A program made the translations under genes and the position numbers. From contig JACIWB010000008.1 of assembly GCA_014361245.1 (NCBI GenBank), positions 1-24,000 of the forward strand: a stretch of DNA of 24,000 bases, read 5' to 3'. Below, piece by piece: positions 1 to 8,257 of the stretch. Positions within the stretch are counted from its first letter, which is position 1; every line of letters begins with the position of its first letter. The notes under the pieces are model-generated. The model did no database searches. It saw nothing but the letters and a program-made list of their open reading frames with translations, and was not told the origin of the DNA. This stretch comes from Thermoplasmatales archaeon. Its GTDB lineage: Archaea; Thermoplasmatota; E2; UBA202; JdFR-43.

Positions 1-542
1 TCCCATCCCATTTTAATCAAAAAAATGATGGGATCCTCTCTTTATTTTTTTATAAATTTTTCAGGCTACGAGTTATACCAAAAATGGTTAGCCTTTTATA
101 TGATGAAGCCTAATCTGTATCCGCCAATATCAACTAAAAGAAAAATCTATCTTTATTATGGAAAGAAGATTTTTAAATATAATATTTTCTTGTATCTTTC
201 AAGATTTTCCTTAATAGAAATTGCAATGGTTCTTCATAGATGAAACAATGTTGACAGTGGTAGAACTGATGGAATACCTTGTATCTAATGTTGAGGAGAT
301 AGGTTTTCGGCATTAGGTTATTTCTGGAGGAATTATAAATTATTCAGGAGGAGTTATATTGCCAATAAAATATAGAACAAAAATTTTTTGAGATTTATTC
401 TAGTGTTAATTGAGTTTTTGTGATACCAAAATTGAATGGCATAGAAATAACACATAAAATTAAGCGGGTGTATAAACAATTAGGCAAGGGACAAATGAAT
501 ATATATAAACATTTAAAAATTTTATCAACATTTTAAGAAATT

Positions 543-550
543 TTTAAATA
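543..550 (+). promoter_or_regulatory. Candidate archaeal TATA box (TTTAAATA) for the mbh operon
   Basis: TTTAAATA is centred about 26 nt upstream of ATG 573, which fits a leaderless mbhA transcript. There is no Shine-Dalgarno-like sequence between the box and the start codon. The surrounding region is generally AT-rich, so a chance match is possible. Confidence 0.35.
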
Positions 551-572
551 TTCAATTCCTATATCCCTTTTG

Positions 573-1073
573 ATGCGTGCATTCATCGCAACATCGATAT
601 TTTGCTTTATAATCTGGCTTTTGCTCACATACGGCGGCTCAATCTGGGGGGTTGATGAAATAGTTGCTGGGGTAATTTTTTCTTTAATATGCGGTTTTGT
701 AGCGAGAAAAATTTTTGTAAAGGAATTTAAACTTGCAAGTCCAAAAAGATGGGCTTTTATCATTGCTTATTTACCCCGCTTCTTTTATGAGATGGCAAAA
801 GCAAATTTTGATGTTGCGTATCGTGTTATAACAGGAAAAATAAATCCAGGCATAGTAAAAATATCTCCAAACTTAAAAAGTGATCTTTCATTGACCATAT
901 TGGCAAATTCAATTACTCTCACGCCGGGCACATTAAGCGTTGATGTTGATGATGAAAGAAATCTCTATGTGCACTGGATAAATGTTGATGAAAAAATTTT
1001 AGAAAAAATGCCTCGCGATTATAAACCAATTTGCTCAAATTTCCCAGAATGGGCAAGGAGGATAGGAGAATGA
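573..1073 (+). CDS. mbhA: Mbh subunit A (MnhE/MrpE-like antiporter subunit)
   Basis: ORF 570..1073; ATG 573 is preferred over TTG 570. It has N-terminal TM helices followed by a soluble C-terminal part, typical of MnhE. It is the first gene of a 14-gene set colinear with P. furiosus mbhA-N. Its stop overlaps the next start. Confidence 0.75.
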   Translation: MRAFIATSIFCFIIWLLLTYGGSIWGVDEIVAGVIFSLICGFVARKIFVKEFKLASPKRWAFIIAYLPRFFYEMAKANFDVAYRVITGKINPGIVKISPNLKSDLSLTILANSITLTPGTLSVDVDDERNLYVHWINVDEKILEKMPRDYKPICSNFPEWARRIGE

Positions 1074-1327
1074 ATGTATTCATGCTTTCATTGGTAATGA
1101 TATTCATATCAATTGCAATAGCGATGATAAGGATTTTATTGGGCCCAACAATTCCAGATAGGGTTGTAGGGCTTGATACTATAAACACGCTTGTAATAGC
1201 TGGTATGATTTTATTTGGGGTAGCAACTGAAGATGTAATATACATTGATGTAGCAATAGTTTATGCATTGCTTTCCTACATCACAACCTTATTCATAGCA
1301 AAATATCTTGAAGGAGGGAAAATATGA
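1070..1327 (+). CDS. mbhB: Mbh subunit B (MnhF/MrpF-like)
   Basis: I chose the internal ATG at 1070 (MNVFMLSLVMIF...). It is preceded by GGAGGATAGGAGA and forms an ATGA overlap with the mbhA stop. The product is small with 3 TM helices, and its position matches MnhF. Confidence 0.7.
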   Translation: MNVFMLSLVMIFISIAIAMIRILLGPTIPDRVVGLDTINTLVIAGMILFGVATEDVIYIDVAIVYALLSYITTLFIAKYLEGGKI

Positions 1328-1680
1328 TATGGGAAATAATATACATATTACTTGCAATAGGAATAATATTCAATCTGCTTGCCTCAATTGGCTTAATTCG
1401 TTTTCCTGATGTATATACCCGCTTGCACGCTGGAACAAAATGCACAACTTTTGGAAGTATATTTATATGCCTTGCAGCAATTGTTTATGGCTTATGGAAA
1501 TGGTATAATGGTTATGCAAGCATGATTATAATATCAATTCACTCATTTTTTGCCCTGATAGCAATATTGCTTACAAATCCAACTGGAGCACATGCAATAG
1601 CAAGAGCAGCACATAAAAGCGGAGTAAAGCCAAAAAAAGCGGTTGTTGACGATTTGGAGGAGAAAAATGAGCATGTTTGA
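1324..1680 (+). CDS. mbhC: Mbh subunit C (MnhG/MrpG-like)
   Basis: The N-terminus ...LLASIGLIRFPDVYTRLHAGTKCTTFG... is the characteristic MnhG signature. GGAGGG lies upstream, and the start forms an ATGA overlap with the mbhB stop. Confidence 0.8.
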   Translation: MIWEIIYILLAIGIIFNLLASIGLIRFPDVYTRLHAGTKCTTFGSIFICLAAIVYGLWKWYNGYASMIIISIHSFFALIAILLTNPTGAHAIARAAHKSGVKPKKAVVDDLEEKNEHV

Positions 1681-1921
1681 AATAATTCTAATCCTTCTTT
1701 CAATTTCAACTGTCTCTTCAGCATTAATAGCAATATGGTTCAAAGATTTGCTCGCGAGCATTATTTCTCTTGCTGTCATGAGTCTGTTACTTTCTCTTTA
1801 TTTCTACATCCTTCACGCTCCAGATGTTGCGATAGCGGAGGCGGGCGTTGGCGCCTGCCTTACAACAGCGATAATGATAATGGCGGTTAAAGCGACAAAG
1901 AGAATGGAGGATGAAAAATGA
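1667..1921 (+). CDS. mbhD: Mbh subunit D (MnhB N-terminal-domain-like small membrane subunit)
   Basis: ATG 1667 follows GGAGGAG and overlaps the 3' end of mbhC. The product has 3 TM helices and ends ...DVAIAEAGVGACLTTAI.... Its position matches mbhD. Confidence 0.65.
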   Translation: MSMFEIILILLSISTVSSALIAIWFKDLLASIISLAVMSLLLSLYFYILHAPDVAIAEAGVGACLTTAIMIMAVKATKRMEDEK

Positions 1922-2397
1922 GGCGAGTAGCGATTGTTGCTTTTGCAATCTTTCTTTTATTCCTTTTCTTCTCTGCATATGAAATAAGGGATTTTGGAGA
2001 GCCAGCGGACACAAGAATGGACGACAGAATAATAGGAATGGCGAAAGAAGTTAAGATAGAAAGAAGCGATGAAGGAATAAATTTTCTGGTTGATGGAGAG
2101 GAAAAAACTTTGCAGGAAGGGACAAAAAACATTTCAATCGGCAATTTCACATTTTATATTGAAGGAGAAAAAATAAAAATAAGCATCTATAATGAAACAG
2201 TTGATGAAATAAATAAGGATGAACTTCCTTATCAAGAAATTTTCTGGATATATGGGGCGGTAAAGGAAACAGGAGCAAACAATGCTGTTACAAGCGTTGT
2301 ATTTGATTACAGAGGGTATGATACTCTTGGAGAAGCAACAATTCTATTTGCGGCAATTGCAGGGGTTCTAACCCTTTTCAGGAGGGAGAAAAAATGA
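1918..2397 (+). CDS. mbhE: Mbh subunit E (MnhB-like), carrying an extra hydrophilic insert
   Basis: Contains the conserved MnhB-type motif NAVTSVVFDYRGYDTLGEATILF near the C-terminus. It has one N-terminal TM helix and an ATGA overlap with mbhD. About 95 hydrophilic residues separate TM1 from the motif. Confidence 0.7.
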   Translation: MRRVAIVAFAIFLLFLFFSAYEIRDFGEPADTRMDDRIIGMAKEVKIERSDEGINFLVDGEEKTLQEGTKNISIGNFTFYIEGEKIKISIYNETVDEINKDELPYQEIFWIYGAVKETGANNAVTSVVFDYRGYDTLGEATILFAAIAGVLTLFRREKK

Positions 2398-2861
2398 AAA
2401 AAGAAGAAATGACTGTAATTGTTAAAACAATTGCTGGCTTGCTATTTCCAATTGCAATGATATTCTCCTTCTATGTGATAATGCATGGTCACCTCACGCC
2501 AGGCGGTGGCTTTCAAGGAGGGGCAATAGGTGCGTCGGCGGTTGCTTTGCTTGTTGTTGCTTTTGGAGTAAAATATGTTGAAAAAAAGAGTAGCGAGGAA
2601 AACATATCCACTTTTGAGAGTATGGGAGGAGCTATTTTTGTTCTTGTTGCACTTCTGGGTATTTTTATTTCTGCAACCTTTTTAACAAATTTCCTTGTTG
2701 GAAAAGAAATTTTTGGTAAAATACCGGGATGGGGTGAAGCACCTCTGAATAGTGGAGGAATTTTGCCAATTTTAAATATAGCTATTGGGATGAAGGTTAT
2801 AGGCGGGTTATCTGCTGTTTTAATGATAATTGCCCTCGCCGCCAGGGAGGTGGAAGAATGA
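2394..2861 (+). CDS. mbhF: Mbh subunit F (MnhB C-terminal-domain-like)
   Basis: Contains the HGHLTPGGGFQGGAI motif typical of the MnhB/MrpB C-terminal half. It is a polytopic membrane protein with ATGA overlaps at both ends. Confidence 0.75.
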   Translation: MKKEEMTVIVKTIAGLLFPIAMIFSFYVIMHGHLTPGGGFQGGAIGASAVALLVVAFGVKYVEKKSSEENISTFESMGGAIFVLVALLGIFISATFLTNFLVGKEIFGKIPGWGEAPLNSGGILPILNIAIGMKVIGGLSAVLMIIALAAREVEE

Positions 2862-3226
2862 TATACAACATTCCGTTTTTCACTGTAATTGCTCTGATTG
2901 CAATAGGTATGTATGCTGTAATTTTCAAAAGAAATCTTATAAAAATTGCAATAGGAATATCAATAATAGAAAGTGGGGTCAATCTATTTTTAATAACCCT
3001 TGGATATAGAGAAGGAGGAATTGCTCCGATATTTACAAACTTGCCACCTGATATAACTCCCGCTGATATACCTGAAAAAATGGTTATGCCAGTCCCTCAA
3101 GCATTAACTCTTACAAGTATTGTTATAGGAGTTGCAGTTCTTGCCCTAATTCTTGCATTTATAATGAGAATTTATAAGGAATATGGGACGCTTGATGCAA
3201 GGGAAGTAAGGAGGTTGAGAGAATGA
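2858..3226 (+). CDS. mbhG: Mbh subunit G (MnhC/NuoK-like)
   Basis: 122 aa with 3 TM helices. The motif ...IGISIIESGVNLFLIT... resembles MnhC/NuoK. GGGAGGTGG lies upstream. Confidence 0.75.
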   Translation: MIYNIPFFTVIALIAIGMYAVIFKRNLIKIAIGISIIESGVNLFLITLGYREGGIAPIFTNLPPDITPADIPEKMVMPVPQALTLTSIVIGVAVLALILAFIMRIYKEYGTLDAREVRRLRE

Positions 3227-4767
3227 ACTGGCTTATAACACATTCACCCGCTCTGCTAATTCTTTTGCCATTGCTTGCGGCATTTTTGATGCCAATAATA
3301 GATAAAATAAATAAGAAAGCAAGAAATATTTTTGCCATACTCATCTTTATAATTGTAGAAATTCTGGTTATAATACTTGCTTTTGATATAATTAAAAATG
3401 GAATGCATGTATATGCAATAGGAGAAAAAAATCCCTTGCAGACAATACCAAGCCAGGCGGCGGTGCCCATAAGAATAGTTCTTCAAATAGATGCGATGGG
3501 CATATTTATGGGATTAATAAGTGCAACTGTTTGCTTGGCTGCATCTCTTTATTCTCTTGCATATATAGAAGAGGGGAAGGGCAAGGGAAAATTCTATACA
3601 TTGCTTCTGCTAATTCTTGTCGGAATGCTTGGAATGGAATTTACAGGAGATATTTTCAATCTTTTTGTTTTTTATGAAATTCTTTCGATAGCATCAGCAG
3701 CCCTTATTGCTTATAGCAGAAAAGGGGAAGCAAGTGAAGGGGCTTTTAAATTTTTGGTGATATCAAGCATATCTGCTTTATTCATTTTGTTTTCAGTTGC
3801 CCTGTTTTATGGACAATATGACTTGCTAAATATAGCAGCTCTTGCAAAAAATATGAAATACACCCATCTTGATAAAATTGCCCTTGCTTTGCTTGTTTCT
3901 GCTTTTGCGATGAAATGCGGCTCCGTGCCAATGCATTTCTGGTGCCCTGATGCATATTCTGTTGCTCCTTCTTCAATAACTGCTACACTTGTTGCCGGCA
4001 GCCAGGCAAGCTTATATGCATTATTCAGAGTTTGCTTTACTCTTTATGGAGTTAAATTGGACCTACAGCTTATAGGAGGAGCATTGATTATTTTTGGATT
4101 ACTTTCAATGTTTGTTGGAGTAACAATGGCAATTCCTCAGAAGGATATAAAGAGGCTCATGGCTTATCATGCAATAAGTCAAACAGGATATATGCTTCTT
4201 GGTGTTGGCGCTGGATTATATTTGCTTGGAAAACCTGAATTTGATAGCTATGGTATAAGGGCTATGGAAGGGGGAATCTTCCATATAATAAATCATGCAA
4301 TGTATAAGGGATTACTATTCCTTACCGCAGGCGCAATATTTTATCGCTTAAAAACAAGAAATTTAAATGAGATGGGAGGGCTTGCTCATAAAATGAAATA
4401 TACATCAATATTTTTCATAATAGGTGCTCTTGCAATAGCTGGTGTGCCACCATTTAATGGATTTGCCTCAAAATTAATAATATATGAATCTGTTTATAAA
4501 ATAAGTCCTATACTCTCAATAATAGCAATGCTTGTTTCAATTTTAACCCTCGCATCTTTCGTAAAGGTATTTCACTCCGCCTTTATGGGACCAAAAATAC
4601 ATGATGTGGAGGAAGTTCCAAAAAGCATGCTTATTGGAATGTGTGTGCTTACTTTTGTTATAATATTTTTTGGGCTTTTCCCTGGCTTTATTGTTAATAA
4701 TCTTGTTCATCCCGCGGCAATGGCTCTTGCAGAGCAGGCAAAATATCTGCAAGCAATAGGTGGTTAA
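3223..4767 (+). CDS. mbhH: Mbh subunit H (MnhD/NuoL-M-N-like antiporter-type subunit)
   Basis: 514-aa polytopic protein with the proton-antiporter family pattern (...FYEILSIASAALIA..., ...MKCGSVPMHFWCPDAY..., ...INHAMYKGLLFLTAG...). AGGAGG lies upstream and the start forms an ATGA overlap. Confidence 0.85.
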   Translation: MNWLITHSPALLILLPLLAAFLMPIIDKINKKARNIFAILIFIIVEILVIILAFDIIKNGMHVYAIGEKNPLQTIPSQAAVPIRIVLQIDAMGIFMGLISATVCLAASLYSLAYIEEGKGKGKFYTLLLLILVGMLGMEFTGDIFNLFVFYEILSIASAALIAYSRKGEASEGAFKFLVISSISALFILFSVALFYGQYDLLNIAALAKNMKYTHLDKIALALLVSAFAMKCGSVPMHFWCPDAYSVAPSSITATLVAGSQASLYALFRVCFTLYGVKLDLQLIGGALIIFGLLSMFVGVTMAIPQKDIKRLMAYHAISQTGYMLLGVGAGLYLLGKPEFDSYGIRAMEGGIFHIINHAMYKGLLFLTAGAIFYRLKTRNLNEMGGLAHKMKYTSIFFIIGALAIAGVPPFNGFASKLIIYESVYKISPILSIIAMLVSILTLASFVKVFHSAFMGPKIHDVEEVPKSMLIGMCVLTFVIIFFGLFPGFIVNNLVHPAAMALAEQAKYLQAIGG

Positions 4768-5094
4768 ATGTATGAAATAGCATGGCAACCAATAATATGG
4801 ATAATATCCTTTGTTGTAATAGCAATAGTTGCCTATATAATAAGAGCGAGTGGAAAGGCTGATTACAAAGGAGGTGAGCAGGAAAAGCCATTTTTATCAG
4901 GAAATGAGGCGCCGAAGGAAGAAATGCATATAGGGGGAAGCAATATTTACTGGGGATTTCTTCATTCACTTGAAGGATATTATAATTCAATGAAAAAAAT
5001 GCATAGCGGGATAATAAATGATTATGTCTCATGGTTTGTTCTTATAACCGCAATAATATTCATTTCGTTATTCTTAATGGAGGTGATAAAATGA
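4768..5094 (+). CDS. mbhI: Mbh subunit I (small membrane subunit)
   Basis: 108 aa with TM helices at both ends. The start directly abuts the mbhH stop (TAAATG). The assignment rests on position between the antiporter-like H subunit and the NuoB-like J subunit. Confidence 0.6.
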   Translation: MYEIAWQPIIWIISFVVIAIVAYIIRASGKADYKGGEQEKPFLSGNEAPKEEMHIGGSNIYWGFLHSLEGYYNSMKKMHSGIINDYVSWFVLITAIIFISLFLMEVIK

Positions 5095-5516
5095 TTTCTA
5101 AATCCTTCAAGCGGGCTCTGTGGGTTTTTCATGTAAATAGTGGCTCATGCAATGGTTGCGATATTGAAATTATAGCTGCTCTTACCCCTCGCTATGATGT
5201 TGAGAGATTTGGAATAAAACTCGTTGCTTCCCCGCGCCATGCAGATGTCATTGCTTTTACTGGCCCTGTAACAAATGATATGGTTGATAAGGTTAAGAGA
5301 ATATATGAGCAGACACCTGATCCAAAAGTTATTTTGGTTGTTGGTTCCTGCGGAATAAGTGGTGGAGTTTTTCATGAGTCATATCACCTTGCTGGTCCTA
5401 TAGAAAAAATATTGCCTCAAGCTAAATGCTTTTATGTGCCAGGCTGTCCGCCTCGCCCTGAAGCAATAATCTATGGGGTTGTAAAAGCATGGGAATATCT
5501 GGAGGGGTTTGAATGA
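5091..5516 (+). CDS. mbhJ: Mbh subunit J ([NiFe]-hydrogenase small subunit, NuoB-like)
   Basis: Internal ATG 5091 follows GGAGGTGA and forms an ATGA overlap with mbhI. There are four Cys for the proximal [4Fe-4S] cluster: SGSCNGCD, GSCGISGG and VPGCPPRP. Confidence 0.88.
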   Translation: MISKSFKRALWVFHVNSGSCNGCDIEIIAALTPRYDVERFGIKLVASPRHADVIAFTGPVTNDMVDKVKRIYEQTPDPKVILVVGSCGISGGVFHESYHLAGPIEKILPQAKCFYVPGCPPRPEAIIYGVVKAWEYLEGFE

Positions 5517-6025
5517 ATGTTGATGAGATAATTCAAAAATTCAAGGAAAAAGGATACGAAGCATGGGTGAAAGAAAAGGAGGCGGGAGTGAAAATTAAGG
5601 CAAAAAAAGTGAGCATATGGGTGAGTGTTGATAGGGAAAAAATAAGAGAGGCGATAGAGTTAATGATAAATATATCTGACGATTTTCCCCATTTCAGTAT
5701 TATATCTGCAAGTGATTTAGGAAATGATATTGAGTTAAATTATCACTTTACCGTTGATTATGGAAAAAATATGGAGGAAAAGATAGTTTCATTTAAAGTT
5801 ATTATACCAAAAAAGGATTTGAGAATAAAATCAATAACACCCCTTATTCCCTCAGCAATATTTTCAGAAAGAGAAATAAAGGAAATGATGGGTGTTGAAA
5901 TAGAAGAAATACCAGATGGAAGGCATATGTTCCTTACAAAAGACTTTCCAGATGGAGTGTATCCATGGAGAAGAGATGAAACATCACCAAAAGAAACAAA
6001 TAAACTTTATGAGAATTGGAGGTGA
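5513..6025 (+). CDS. mbhK: Mbh subunit K (NuoC-like)
   Basis: 170-aa soluble protein lying between the NuoB-like and NuoD-like genes. The C-terminal ...FSEREIKEMMGVEIEEIPDGRHMFL... is NuoC/HycE-N-like. Confidence 0.8.
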   Translation: MNVDEIIQKFKEKGYEAWVKEKEAGVKIKAKKVSIWVSVDREKIREAIELMINISDDFPHFSIISASDLGNDIELNYHFTVDYGKNMEEKIVSFKVIIPKKDLRIKSITPLIPSAIFSEREIKEMMGVEIEEIPDGRHMFLTKDFPDGVYPWRRDETSPKETNKLYENWR

Positions 6026-6028
6026 GAA

Positions 6029-7243
6029 ATGAAATATGAAGTTCCTGTTGGACCAATACATCCTGCATTGAAGGAGCCAATTCTTTTAAGATTTACTCTT
6101 GAAGGTGAAAAAATAGTTGATGTTGATGTGATTGCAAGCCAGAACCATAGAGGAGTTGAATGGATAGGAATGAATAGAAATAATCCAATACAAAGCATAT
6201 ATCTTGCAGAAAGGGTTTGTGGAATATGCAATTTTTGCCATCCTTCATGTCTTGTTATGGCAGTTGAAGAAATTGCGGGAATAGAAGTTCCAGAGAGAGC
6301 AGAGTATATAAGAGTAATACAGGCTGAGCTTGAGAGGATACACAGCCACTTGCTATGGGCTGGCGTCGCCGCCCATGAACTTGGTTTTGATTCATTGCTT
6401 CATTATGTCTGGATGGTAAGAGAAAAGGTAATGGATATTCTTGAAATAGTAAACGGGAATAGAGTAACAAAATCAATAATTATGTATGGAGGGGTTAGGA
6501 GGGATATTAAGGAGGAGCATATACCAAAAATAAGGGAAATGATAGATTATTACAGGCAGGGATTTAAAAAGATTGCAAAATTATTTTTGGAGGATAAAAC
6601 AATAAAGATGAGGACAAGAGAAATTGGCGTGCTTACCAAGGAAGATGCTATAAAGCTATCTGCTGTTGGACCAACTACAAGAGCAAGTGGTGTAAAGAAG
6701 GATGTTCGCCAGGACATGCCTTACTTTGCTTATTCCGATTTTGAAGTTAAAGCAATAACACCTGATTTAATCACTGGCGAAATAATTGGAGATACATATG
6801 ATAGAATTGTTGTAAGATTGCTTGAAGTTAGGCAGTCACTTGATATAATAGAGAAAGCAATTGAGGAAATGCCAAAGGGAGAAATATTATCGGAGCAGAA
6901 GGTTATTAAAATTTTAGCCCAGATAAAGAAAAGCGAGGGCGAGGCAGTTGCAAGATATGAAGCACCGAGAGGGGAGGATATACATTATGTAAAATTAAAA
7001 AGCAATTTTGAACAACTTTATTCATGGAAAATCAGGGCACCGACTTATATTAATATTCTTTCATGGCGCCCGATGTTGCTTGATATGCAGATTGCGGACA
7101 TACCAATTGTTGCCGCATCAATCGACCCTTGCATGTCATGTACAAATAGGATCATTGTTGTAAAAAATAATAAGGAAAAAATTTTAACAGCGGAAGAACT
7201 TCATGAATTATCCGTGAAAAAAACGAGGAGGATGATGAGATGA
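6029..7243 (+). CDS. mbhL: Mbh subunit L (group 4 [NiFe]-hydrogenase large subunit, NuoD-like)
   Basis: The N-terminal motif RVCGICNFCH matches RxCGxCxxxH, and the C-terminal motif DPCMSCTNR matches DPCxxCxxR. All four NiFe-ligand Cys are therefore present. About 30 aa follow the C-terminal motif. Confidence 0.9.
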   Translation: MKYEVPVGPIHPALKEPILLRFTLEGEKIVDVDVIASQNHRGVEWIGMNRNNPIQSIYLAERVCGICNFCHPSCLVMAVEEIAGIEVPERAEYIRVIQAELERIHSHLLWAGVAAHELGFDSLLHYVWMVREKVMDILEIVNGNRVTKSIIMYGGVRRDIKEEHIPKIREMIDYYRQGFKKIAKLFLEDKTIKMRTREIGVLTKEDAIKLSAVGPTTRASGVKKDVRQDMPYFAYSDFEVKAITPDLITGEIIGDTYDRIVVRLLEVRQSLDIIEKAIEEMPKGEILSEQKVIKILAQIKKSEGEAVARYEAPRGEDIHYVKLKSNFEQLYSWKIRAPTYINILSWRPMLLDMQIADIPIVAASIDPCMSCTNRIIVVKNNKEKILTAEELHELSVKKTRRMMR

Positions 7244-8253
7244 TTGAAAAAATATTTTTTGCGGTTATAGGATGTATTTTTATTGCCTTAATTTCAATAT
7301 TTTTTGGTCTGCTTTTCAAAGGTATAGACCGCAAGATTGTTGCTAGGATGCAGAAAAGAGTTGGTCCGCCAATAAGGCAACCATTTCTGGATGTTGCAAA
7401 ATTGATGACAAAAGAAAATATTGTTCCAGAAAATGCTGTAAGATGGATGTATAATCTGGCTCCCCTAGTATGTCTTGCATCAAGTATTCTACTCCTGCTT
7501 TACATTCCTATTCCAGGACTTGAAAAAATACAACTCAATGGAGAAAATGATATAATCTTAGTAGTTTATATTTTCATAATCCCAGCTCTTGCAATGGTGG
7601 CTGGTGGTTTTTCAAGCGGCTCGCCATTCGCCACCATAGGGGCGCAGAGAGAGATGGTAACGATGATATCTTATGAATTCCCTCTTGCCATAAGTGTAGT
7701 TGCGATTGCATGGAAGTTATCAACAATTTTTTCTGAAAATGTTTTCACAATTTCTTTTATTTCCAGTAATCCAGTGTTTAATAATGTTGGTTTGATTGGA
7801 TTTATAGGTTTAATAATATTGCTTTTCTCCCTAATAATTGTAATACCTGGGGAAGTTGCAAAAATTCCTTTTGATGTTGCTGAAGCGGAAACAGAAATTG
7901 CTCAGGGTTTGGTTGTAGAATATTCTGGAAGAAATCTTGCATTATTTTATATGGCCGATGGTGTAAGAATTTTTGCAATGGCTTCTCTTGTTGTAAATAT
8001 ATTTTTCCCTTATAATATTTCAAATATAGTTGGCTTGACAGGTTATCTTGCCACAATTTCAGATTTTCTGTTTTTCCTTCTTAAAGTATTTTTATTGATA
8101 TTTTTCTCTATTACAATGATTAGAGCAGGAATGGCAAGGTTAAGAATAACCCAGGTAGTTACTTCCTATTGGGTAACAATAACTTTAATATCTCTAATTG
8201 GATTATTATTGCTCATATGGGACAATCAGTTTGCAATATCTTTGCCATGGTGA
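7240..8253 (+). CDS. mbhM: Mbh subunit M (NuoH-like membrane anchor)
   Basis: 337-aa polytopic protein. The motifs ...RKIVARMQKRVGPP... and ...PFDVAEAETEI..GLVVEYSG... are NuoH/HycD family hallmarks. Confidence 0.88.
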   Translation: MIEKIFFAVIGCIFIALISIFFGLLFKGIDRKIVARMQKRVGPPIRQPFLDVAKLMTKENIVPENAVRWMYNLAPLVCLASSILLLLYIPIPGLEKIQLNGENDIILVVYIFIIPALAMVAGGFSSGSPFATIGAQREMVTMISYEFPLAISVVAIAWKLSTIFSENVFTISFISSNPVFNNVGLIGFIGLIILLFSLIIVIPGEVAKIPFDVAEAETEIAQGLVVEYSGRNLALFYMADGVRIFAMASLVVNIFFPYNISNIVGLTGYLATISDFLFFLLKVFLLIFFSITMIRAGMARLRITQVVTSYWVTITLISLIGLLLLIWDNQFAISLPW

Positions 8254-8257
8254 GAAA

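Noticed and set aside
1-51. A 7-bp inverted repeat (TCCCATC at 1-7 and GATGGGA at 27-33) followed by T-runs. It could be a terminator hairpin for an upstream gene. Alternatively, a minus-strand gene may start at ATG 11-9 with a TATA-like box around 41-56.
   Set aside because: The two readings conflict. The stem is short with a 19-nt loop, and only 11 nt of the putative gene lie in the window, so neither reading can be supported from this sequence alone.
25-243. 72-aa plus-strand ORF at the left edge
   Set aside because: The translation is low-complexity and rich in Tyr, Phe, Lys and Ile, as expected from AT-rich non-coding DNA. It has no motifs and no start context, so it is probably spurious.
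240-572. Search for a SurR-type GTTn3AAC operator, and for a C/D-box sRNA (AUGAUGG at 25-31), in the mbh upstream region
   Set aside because: I found no GTTn3AAC match by eye. The C-box-like heptamer has a mismatch and no CUGA D-box at the appropriate distance.
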